Below, piece after piece: positions 1 to 6,920 of a stretch of 32,000 nucleotides of DNA. Each line of letters starts with the position of its first letter. Position 1 is the stretch's first letter. Position numbers and translations under genes: made by a program. The notes below the pieces were generated by a model. That model made no database searches, was not told where the DNA came from, and worked only from the letters and a program-made list of their open reading frames with translations. Source of the DNA: Edaphobacter aggregans. GTDB taxonomy: Bacteria; Acidobacteriota; Terriglobia; Terriglobales; Acidobacteriaceae. Location of the stretch: positions 3,510,001 to 3,542,000 of the forward strand of contig NZ_RSDW01000001.1 in the NCBI RefSeq assembly GCF_003945235.1, read 5' to 3'.

Positions 1-987
1 GGCAAGAATCTTCAGCAGGGTGTTGGCAACAACAATGTGACTGCAATCTTGCCGTCTGGTACAAGCACAACCAATCTAGCGAGTCCAGGCGCTGGAGGGA
101 CGATTCCATTCCCCGATTTCGCGTCGAATGGTAGTTTCCAGGCCACGGTAGGAGCCAGTAATTACAATGGATTGCAGACCAAGCTGGAACAGCAATTTTC
201 GAACGGCTTGAATCTCCTTTTCGCCTACACTTATTCCAAGACGCTCTCGGATGCAGGCGACTTGTTGAATGGTGGTAGCTTGGCTGGGCTCCGCGCGCCT
301 GCTGTACCGGGTCTTGGTCCCTCATTTGATTGGGGGCCAGCCAATTTCGATATCCGTCACGTATTTCACTTGAGTGGCGGGTATGAACTGCCAGTTGGCC
401 GGAATAAGCGCTTCATGGCGAACTCCGGTAGAGCAGCTGACGCTGTACTTGGGGGATGGTCTGTAAACTGGATTTTGGTACTTCAAGGTGGCCAGCCCAT
501 AACCCTCAGTTGCCCGACTTCCACGACAGCGGGAACAAACTGCTACGATGTGAGGGTTGCGGGACAAAGTCAGAAACTTGGGCGGTTCATGAAGAACGGG
601 AAGCCATTTTGGTATGGGAACCCCGCTGCCTTCCAGCAACCCTGTCCGCTGGGGGTCACACCCACCGCAGGCTGCATCCCATACACTGGCAGTGCCGTTC
701 TGGGTTTTCGCCCGGGGACGACCACAGGACCAGGATTTAATCGGTTTGATTTCTCGGCGTTCAAGGCTTTTCGCCTGAGCGATCGGTTCTCCCTGCAGTT
801 CCGGTCCGAGTTCTTCAACATACTCAACCATCCGAATTTCAATGCTCCTAATTTCGGCGGAAACGGTGTCGTCGCAATTAGCAACTCTGGCAACTTCACC
901 AGCGCCAACTTTGGGCAAATTGGATCGACTCGCGATGCTCCCTACGATCCGCGGCAGATTCAATTTGCTTTGAAGCTGCTTTTCTAA
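1..987 (+). CDS. TonB-dependent receptor / outer-membrane beta-barrel protein, C-terminal part (5' end outside window)
   Basis: Frame 1 is open from base 1; the ORF track only starts at an internal Met at 37. The sequence is Gly/Asn/Tyr/Phe-rich with an alternating beta-strand pattern. It ends ...QIQFALKLLF with a terminal Phe, typical of the last strand of TonB-dependent/OMP barrels. A strong terminator follows. Confidence 0.75.
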   Translation, partial: GKNLQQGVGNNNVTAILPSGTSTTNLASPGAGGTIPFPDFASNGSFQATVGASNYNGLQTKLEQQFSNGLNLLFAYTYSKTLSDAGDLLNGGSLAGLRAPAVPGLGPSFDWGPANFDIRHVFHLSGGYELPVGRNKRFMANSGRAADAVLGGWSVNWILVLQGGQPITLSCPTSTTAGTNCYDVRVAGQSQKLGRFMKNGKPFWYGNPAAFQQPCPLGVTPTAGCIPYTGSAVLGFRPGTTTGPGFNRFDFSAFKAFRLSDRFSLQFRSEFFNILNHPNFNAPNFGGNGVVAISNSGNFTSANFGQIGSTRDAPYDPRQIQFALKLLF

Positions 988-1000
988 GCTAAGATAAAAA

Positions 1001-1049
1001 CGCCCCGGAAAGGTACGCCTACTGGGCGCCTTTCCGGGGTTTTTCTTTT
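1001..1049 (+). terminator. Rho-independent terminator
   Basis: Perfect 11-bp stem ccccggaaagg (1003-1013) / cctttccgggg (1029-1039), followed by tttttctttt (1040-1049), 16 nt after the stop at 985-987. Confidence 0.85.
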
Positions 1050-1089
1050 GCGAAGCGCTTTGCTTTCGCGGCGATCATGGAGGTAGACG

Positions 1090-2505
1090 GTGAGCAGGAT
1101 GCCGCGGTTTCGGCTTGGGATTCTTTGCTCTCTTATGGTTTGCGCGACCTTTGCCGCAGCCGATGGCGACCAGAAGCAAAAGCTGGATCGCCAATTTCAG
1201 TCGGCGGTGGCGCAATATGACGCCGGGCGATTCGCAGAAGCAGCAGCCCAACTAGAAGACCTTTTACCTCAGGCACCAAATAACTTTGAGGTCGAAGAAC
1301 TTTTGGGGATGACCTACTCCGCGCTGTCGCAGGATACGAAGGCAATAAAACACCTTGATGCTGCGGTTCGATTGAAGCCGAACTCGGCTGCTGCGAGGAC
1401 CAATCTGGCGGCGAGTCTCTCGCGTTCAGGAAAGGCCGAATTGGCTGGCGAACAGTTCCAAAAGGCGCTCGAATTGGAGCCTAGGGACTATACCGCCAAC
1501 CACAACCTGGGTGAATTTTATATTCAGTCCGGAAAGATCGCGGAAGCGCACCCTTTTCTCGAACGGGCGCAACGAATTAATCCTGCCTCCTACGATAACG
1601 GCTACGATCTGGCGATGGCCGATCTCCTCACTGGACGGCTTGACGAGGCACGGCAACTTGTCCAAAGCATGATCCAAAGCAAGAACACCGCGGAGTTGCA
1701 CAACCTGCTAGCCCAGATTGAAGAGAAAGACGGAAAATTCGTAGCGGCGGCAAATGAGTTCGGGACTGCTGCTCATATGGATCCGAGTGAGGACAATTTG
1801 TTTGATTGGGGGAGCGAACTTCTTATCCACAGGACCTACGAGCCGGCCATAGATGTCTTTCGCCAAGCTACCCGGCTTTATCCGAATTCCCCCAGACTTC
1901 AGATCGGGCTGGGCATGACGCTATACTCGCGAGGTCTTTACGAAGAGGCAGTCAAGTCCCTTCTTGTGGCGGCTGATCTAAATCCTTCCGATGCTCGGTG
2001 CTACCTTTTTCTCTCGAAGGCCTACGATAGCTCTCCAAGCCAAGCGGAAGAGGTAATTCAGAGATTCCAGCGGTATTCGGAGCTTGAGCCCAACAATGCA
2101 CTGGCCCAGTACTATTACGCGATGAGTTTGTGGAAGGGAAAACGGGCTGAGGGCTCAGGCTTGGATCTTCAGGCAGTCGAGTCCTTGCTGAAAAAGTCTA
2201 TATCTCTGAATGAGAAGCTTCCCGAAGCCCATGTGCAATTAGGCAATCTTTATGCCGACCAGCATCAATATGCCAAGTCCATTCCGGAGTATGTGCGTGC
2301 ACTCGAACTGAATCCGAATCTCCCGGACGCCCATTACCGTTTGGGGACGGACTATGTTCACGTCGGACAAAAAGACCGCGCGCAAAACGAGTTCGACGTC
2401 TATCAAAAGCTCCGAGCGCAACATCTGGCCGAAGTCGACAAGGAGAGGATAGAAGTCAGGCAATTCGTGTACTCGGCGAAGGCTGCTCCTTCCACCAAGC
2501 CTTGA
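1090..2505 (+). CDS. Secreted tetratricopeptide (TPR) repeat protein
   Basis: GGAGG (1079-1083) lies 6 nt before GTG 1090. N-terminal signal peptide LGILCSLMVCATFAAADG. Successive 34-aa TPR-like units occur throughout (e.g. ...AIKHLDAAVRLKPNSAAARTNLA..., ...YVRALELNPNLPDAHYRLG...). Confidence 0.85.
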   Translation: MSRMPRFRLGILCSLMVCATFAAADGDQKQKLDRQFQSAVAQYDAGRFAEAAAQLEDLLPQAPNNFEVEELLGMTYSALSQDTKAIKHLDAAVRLKPNSAAARTNLAASLSRSGKAELAGEQFQKALELEPRDYTANHNLGEFYIQSGKIAEAHPFLERAQRINPASYDNGYDLAMADLLTGRLDEARQLVQSMIQSKNTAELHNLLAQIEEKDGKFVAAANEFGTAAHMDPSEDNLFDWGSELLIHRTYEPAIDVFRQATRLYPNSPRLQIGLGMTLYSRGLYEEAVKSLLVAADLNPSDARCYLFLSKAYDSSPSQAEEVIQRFQRYSELEPNNALAQYYYAMSLWKGKRAEGSGLDLQAVESLLKKSISLNEKLPEAHVQLGNLYADQHQYAKSIPEYVRALELNPNLPDAHYRLGTDYVHVGQKDRAQNEFDVYQKLRAQHLAEVDKERIEVRQFVYSAKAAPSTKP

Positions 2506-2603
2506 TTTCTGTGCAGCGACAGCCTCAAGCGTATGCTGGCGGAATAACGAGTGGAAGTTGAATGTCATTGAAACTCGCTCCAACGAATGATAAGGAGATT
2601 TAA

Positions 2604-3800
2604 ATGACGGGCCAATCATCATTCAGCAGAGCACATACAGTTCGTAGGAAGGAAGCGGCAAGCCCTCGCGAACTCGCCCAACGTCTCGGCCATAGCAGGC
2701 GCGATTTTCTGCGCGGTGCGGCAGGGATGGTCCTGGGAACTACACTCATGGGTGTAAGCCCTTTTGTCCGTGGACAAACTGCAAAGAAGCGGAAAGTAAT
2801 CGTCATTACATTTGGCGGAGGCGCCCGCGATCAGGAAACATTTGCACCTGAGGGTCAGGAAAATATCCCGCACCTGCTCCACGAACTTATCCCTCAGTCG
2901 AGTTTTTTTACACAAGTAACGAACCAAGGGATACTGGGCCACTACGTGGCGACTGCCAGTCTGGCGACGGGTGTATACGAAACCCTCAACAACTTTTCTG
3001 CAATCCCTCCGGAACATCCCACTGTCTTCGAGTACTTTCGCAAGGATCTGAGGCGCCCGTCCTCGGACGCGTGGGTGGTTGCGCCCAGCAACGGATTCAA
3101 CCGTATTGGCGAGAGTGAATGTCGCTCTTATGGTCCGGGCCTGGGAGCGAGGGTGGTTTTGCCAAAGCATTTGCTCAGCGCGGCGACATCCGGGACTGCC
3201 GCGGACTACGAACATCTTTTGCGCGATAACTACGAAACGCCGCTCTACACCCCCCCAATTGGGGGCGGGGAATTCGAATTGCAGCAACTGGAGTCAATCC
3301 TGAAGCTTTCGGTCAATGATTTTAGGACGCATGCCCAGACCTTATCGAGCCCGGACGAACTCTCTGTGTATATCGCGAAGCGACTGATGAAGCAGGAATC
3401 TCCCAGCCTTCTTTGGATCACGATGCACGATATCGACATCGCGCACTCCGGGGCCTACTCGCTCTACATTGATGCCATTCAGCGTACGGATCGTCTTTGC
3501 ACGGAGATATGGAAGGCGATTCAGAGCGAGCCGGAATACGCGGGCAACACGACACTTCTAATTCTTCCGGATTTTGGCCGGGATGCCGACGAGGATCCCG
3601 GGGGAAATGGATTTCAGCATCATCGCACGGGTGACGCAGCCTCCCGTACCACCTGGATGATGGCTCTGGGCACAGGTACCCGCCAAGGAGTGGTGTACGA
3701 CCGTCCGTTGCAGTCTATTGACCTTGTACCTAGTCTGGGGGCGATGATGGGATTTTCGCCTACGCTGTCGCAAGGTAAACCGATTCGAGAACTTTTGTAA
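2604..3800 (+). CDS. Tat-signal protein, alkaline-phosphatase-superfamily / DUF1501-like (family call tentative)
   Basis: AAGGAG (2592-2597) lies 6 nt before the ATG. Twin-arginine motif SRRDFLRGAAG is followed by a hydrophobic h-region. VIVITFGGGARDQETF near the N-terminus and LLILPDFGRDADEDPGGNGFQHHRTGD near the C-terminus resemble the metal-site segments of DUF1501/sulfatase-like proteins. This is recognised from memory, not searched. Confidence 0.6.
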   Translation: MTGQSSFSRAHTVRRKEAASPRELAQRLGHSRRDFLRGAAGMVLGTTLMGVSPFVRGQTAKKRKVIVITFGGGARDQETFAPEGQENIPHLLHELIPQSSFFTQVTNQGILGHYVATASLATGVYETLNNFSAIPPEHPTVFEYFRKDLRRPSSDAWVVAPSNGFNRIGESECRSYGPGLGARVVLPKHLLSAATSGTAADYEHLLRDNYETPLYTPPIGGGEFELQQLESILKLSVNDFRTHAQTLSSPDELSVYIAKRLMKQESPSLLWITMHDIDIAHSGAYSLYIDAIQRTDRLCTEIWKAIQSEPEYAGNTTLLILPDFGRDADEDPGGNGFQHHRTGDAASRTTWMMALGTGTRQGVVYDRPLQSIDLVPSLGAMMGFSPTLSQGKPIRELL

Positions 3801-3805
3801 TTTTT

Positions 3806-5014
3806 ATGCTGCCATCCAATCTCCAAGCCGAACAGTTCATCGGGTATCCTCCTGAGGCAAGGAGACTGGCGGTAGCCAACCTGCGAGCGCTGCAACAACT
3901 GCCACTCAGCTTTCTGCCGGGTTTACTGAGAGAACTTATCGATTACGATTTCAAGTTCCCAGTAGAGCGCATTGCAATCGAGAAGGAACTCGCGAACCTC
4001 AGTTCTCTTTCGCAGGCGCAGATTAATCAGTGGTTTCAAGCATTCTCCCAACTATCGCTCTCCTCGAAGTTGGAGCACCTCGACTGGGTCAATCATCCTG
4101 CCCGGTTTCTCGAACAGGAATCGGCACACCTATGGACCACGCATCAACTGGATGCATTTCGAAAGGCAGCGACGGATTACGGCGACCGACTGCGATCGGT
4201 GGTGTCCGTTGAGCCTATTCCCGTACCCAGGCTTGGAATTGCAGTAATCGGACAGGGCGTCGCGTCGTACGATGGATCTCTATTTCGCAACCTGCGCAAG
4301 CAGGGTACTTATTTTGGACGAGTCAAGCCCGAGAACGGACTTGAGCATCTGCTGACGGCGGTCGCTGTTCGGGCGAAAGCATATCCCGTTCCTTATGGCC
4401 ATTGGTACGTTGATGGAGGGCAAGCGGCCGATCATAGCCCGCTAATGACGTGCGTGCAGTACCAGGCGCTTGAACCCGTGCGCGTTGCCCTGCTCAAGTA
4501 CATGCAGAAAGAAATTGAGCAACCCGGTATGGGGCCGGAGGAACTACGCACAAACCTGGCACGACTGTTGCCCTCCGATCTTGGGATGGATAAAGCGGGA
4601 GACGCGGTGCTGGACCGCTTTCAGGTCAAACTGCTCACAGAAGGCTCCGGCACACAGATATTCAGCACCACCTTTGCACAGTGGACAGCACGCGAGGCCC
4701 TACGACGTGCTCAACCGCTCACCCTGTTGGTACGTTTCGCACCGCGACAACGGCAACGACCAATGAATGAGTTGCTTTCCGGCAGCCATGGCAATCCTGA
4801 ACTCGATCTCATAGGCTCCCTCATCGATGCAGACATGGGCACTTACTATCATTGGATAAACCAGCAGCGGCTATCGGGATCAGAGCACTCTTCGTTCCTT
4901 GTGTGGTTTGAAGGCCACAGTCAAGCTCTCGTGATTGCCCCGTCTCTTCCGCGAGGTGCGGAGTCAAATTCGGCCATTGATCTCAGAGAGCTAATTTCAC
5001 TCACTACCGGTTAA
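3806..5014 (+). CDS. Hypothetical protein, 402 aa, no signal peptide, no family recognised
   Basis: Long ORF starting 5 nt after the stop of the Tat-signal gene, in the same orientation. Ordinary amino-acid composition without low complexity. No competing ORF of comparable length. Confidence 0.7.
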   Translation: MLPSNLQAEQFIGYPPEARRLAVANLRALQQLPLSFLPGLLRELIDYDFKFPVERIAIEKELANLSSLSQAQINQWFQAFSQLSLSSKLEHLDWVNHPARFLEQESAHLWTTHQLDAFRKAATDYGDRLRSVVSVEPIPVPRLGIAVIGQGVASYDGSLFRNLRKQGTYFGRVKPENGLEHLLTAVAVRAKAYPVPYGHWYVDGGQAADHSPLMTCVQYQALEPVRVALLKYMQKEIEQPGMGPEELRTNLARLLPSDLGMDKAGDAVLDRFQVKLLTEGSGTQIFSTTFAQWTAREALRRAQPLTLLVRFAPRQRQRPMNELLSGSHGNPELDLIGSLIDADMGTYYHWINQQRLSGSEHSSFLVWFEGHSQALVIAPSLPRGAESNSAIDLRELISLTTG

Positions 5015-5405
5015 ATTTTCCGTCAGCGGGATCTGCAAAAAATGGGTGTTGAACGTTGTGTATTTTGTGGTCAGTTTGTGGTGTCACGAGTGGATAACGT
5101 GGACATTGGATTACCCGGCACGAGTGTGTTCAGGCGTACTTGTCGGAGAAGGCAGCGGAAACACAATCAAAGCCCTGGAAAGGGTTTAGTCATCCGCTCA
5201 AAGATTCGGTTTGAACCGATGAGTTCCAGCAGCCCCATACGTTCGAGGATGACAGCACAGTAGGGGAACGTTAGTAAGTCGCTGGCTTCTGGGCTGTGGG
5301 AGAGTAGTCTGCAATACGGACATTTCGGGGTTACTTCCGGATTGCCGGTTATTACTCGGTACAGAGTTCGCGATTTCTCGTGGCAATTTTGACAAGCTCT
5401 CTGGG

Positions 5406-5864
5406 TCAGTAGACGCGTCTTCCGGTGATGGTGTACTTCGCGTCAGGAGGATTCTCTGGGGCAATCACCTTCTCCTCCGCAGGTTTCTTCTCCTCTGCAG
5501 GCTTGATCGCCTCTGCAGGCTTGATCGCCTCTGCAGGCTTGATCGCCTCTGCAGGCTTGATCGCCTCTGCAGGCTTGATCGCCTCTGCAGGCTTGATCGC
5601 CTCTACAGGCTTGATCGCCTCTGCAGGTTTCTTCGCCACTATAGGCTCCTCTGGGATCATCGCCCACGCGAAGCCGTGCGCCAGCCATAAAAAGAAGGTG
5701 GCGAAGAGGCACACCGCAACAAGGCCAGCGATAAAGAATACTACCTGGCGTTCATTGTTGGCGGCAGCAAACAACCCGATTAAGAAGAAGGCGAAGGTTG
5801 CGATTGAGAAGCCGACCGCGAAGCGCTCAAGTCGACGCGATAAAACACGCATGCGATTACTCAT
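5406..5864 (-). CDS. Two-TM membrane protein with C-terminal (P-A-E-A-I-K)n hexapeptide repeat region
   Basis: GGAGG (reverse complement of 5871-5875) lies 6 nt before ATG 5864. Arg-rich N-terminus, two hydrophobic helices (FAVGFSIATFAFFLIGLFAAA; VVFFIAGLVAVCLFATFFLWLA), then KKPAEAIKPVEAIK(PAEAIK)x6 PAEEKKPAEEK. Confidence 0.8.
   Translation of the reverse strand: MSNRMRVLSRRLERFAVGFSIATFAFFLIGLFAAANNERQVVFFIAGLVAVCLFATFFLWLAHGFAWAMIPEEPIVAKKPAEAIKPVEAIKPAEAIKPAEAIKPAEAIKPAEAIKPAEAIKPAEEKKPAEEKVIAPENPPDAKYTITGRRVY
5497..5622 (-). repeat. 18-bp tandem repeat (gcaggcttgatcgcctct): six perfect units plus one with a single mismatch; degenerate units at 5479-5496 and 5623-5640
   Basis: Counted directly: units start at 5497, 5515, 5533, 5551, 5569, 5587 and 5605 (the last has a for g at 5605). 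The array is in frame with the minus-strand CDS and encodes PAEAIK. Confidence 0.95.
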
Positions 5865-5902
5865 TTAGGTCCTCCGTCGCTTAGCGAAATAGGCCTCGGG
5901 GG

Positions 5903-5931
5903 CTTATAGAAAAGAGCCGCTTACCTGCCCA
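5903..5931 (-). promoter_or_regulatory. Possible sigma70-type promoter for the repeat-protein gene
   Basis: On the minus strand: TGGGCA (5931-5926), 17-nt spacer, TATAAG (5908-5903), about 40 nt upstream of ATG 5864. Pattern match only. Confidence 0.3.
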
Positions 5932-6220
5932 GATAGGTTGCACCCTCCGTCTAGGGCTTGCAAGCCTTATCCCGACTCCTTGAGGAAGGAAACTCTGTTA
6001 ATTACCAACTCGCGGACTTGTGAAGAGGAAGAGGTTCGGGAGGTCGCGGCAGTAGCCATCGATTTGGAAGGTGAGGCTTCGAACCAGCGATTACCCGCCG
6101 GCGAATCGACCCCGATGAATCTCCGCAAAGACATGGGGCACGAGAGCTTCACCGATGAAGCGCGACCAATACACGACCGTGGCATTAAACAGCCAAGTTG
6201 CTGAAAAATAAAAATAATTA

Positions 6221-6248
6221 CCAAAAAATAAGGACCTCCGTGCGGAGG
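6221..6248 (-). terminator. Terminator-like hairpin plus T-run downstream of the distal tRNA-Phe fragment
   Basis: The minus strand reads CCTCCGCACGGAGG (6248-6235), then TCCTTATTTTTTGG and more T-rich sequence. The stem is short (5-6 bp, GC-rich). No equivalent structure follows the intact tRNA at 13065. Confidence 0.4.
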
Positions 6249-6272
6249 AGGCTTCTGTTGAAGATCTCTTAG

Positions 6273-6339
6273 TAAGTTACTGATTCTAAGTGGTGGCCAG
6301 AGACGGGATCGAACCGCCGACGCCGGCCTTTTCAGGGCC
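6273..6339 (-). repeat. Direct repeat, distal copy (att-like): tRNA-Phe 3' 49 nt plus 18 bp of 3' flank
   Basis: 65/67 identical to 13047-13113. The only mismatches are 6280 c/t and 6290 g/a, both in the flank. Positions 6291-6339 are identical to 13065-13113. Confidence 0.9.
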
Positions 6340-6363
6340 CCCTACCAATGGACCTAAGTGGCT
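6291..6363 (-). pseudogene. tRNA-Phe-derived pseudo-tRNA (perfect 3' half, diverged non-pairing 5' half)
   Basis: The reverse complement reads AGCCACTTAGGTCCATTGGTAGGGGGCCCTGAAAAGGCCGGCGTCGGCGGTTCGATCCCGTCTCTGGCCACCA. From the anticodon stem to CCA it is identical to the real gene. The 5' part matches about 16/21 with indels, and the acceptor and D stems cannot pair. Confidence 0.75.
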
Positions 6364-6452
6364 TAGAATCAGCGGACGCGATTGATACGAAAGAGGTTAG
6401 AGCAGTGCGGATTAGGATAGGCTGGGATCATTTGGGATGGTTTCCTCCCTAG

Positions 6453-6472
6453 GTTGTTCCCGTATTGTTCCC
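6453..6472. repeat. Inverted repeat, left copy (gttgttcccgtattgttccc)
   Basis: Perfect reverse complement of 12952-12971. It lies 113 bp inside the distal direct repeat. Internally it contains GGGAACAA twice with an 11-bp period. Confidence 0.85.
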
Positions 6473-6920
6473 GCCTACCAAGTCGACCGATTTCATCCGC
6501 GTATGCAAAGCTGTCCTGCAACCGCTTGCTAATGGTTGTGTAAAGCGGTGCAGGCACCGGTAGGACTGCTCTAAATTTTGCCGATTCCAAGAGGACGGCT
6601 TCAATGCAGGCATAGCTTGTTCTCAATACTTATGGAGAGTTGACGCTCGCGGGCATTCCGCCAGGGCAGACATAGGCGGTAAAGCAGTCTTTCGAGGAGG
6701 CGTAAGGTGTGGGAACGGCGGCAGACCGGCTACGGCGAGTAGAAGCTTGTTCGCAGCATTGAAGAGGATTCAAGTGAATGTCGACATAACCGTTGGTGGC
6801 GGCCAGAATAGTGGTCGTAATTGGCTGTTTTGTGTGGCCGACCCCAACTCTTCATCTCGCACTCTTGATGAGGGGTCACTTCTTTTATGTAGGGCCGCGA
6901 GAGATTTTTCAAGCAGGCTC

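Noticed and set aside
5479-5640. 18-bp tandem array considered as a CRISPR or non-coding satellite
   Set aside because: The units are contiguous with no spacers. The period is a multiple of 3 and the array is in frame inside a CDS with a strong RBS, so it is a coding hexapeptide repeat.
6061-6120. ggcttcgaacc, a tRNA T-loop-like sequence suggesting another tRNA
   Set aside because: On either strand the flanking 5-nt segments are not complementary, so there is no T stem. No acceptor or anticodon arms can be drawn.
6369-6626. 85-aa minus-strand ORF next to the pseudo-tRNA, considered as an integrase or excisionase remnant
   Set aside because: It has a TTG start with no Shine-Dalgarno sequence. 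I can see no recombinase box (R..HxxR..Y) or Xis-like helix-turn-helix. It is kept only as part of the 'gene-less arm' finding.
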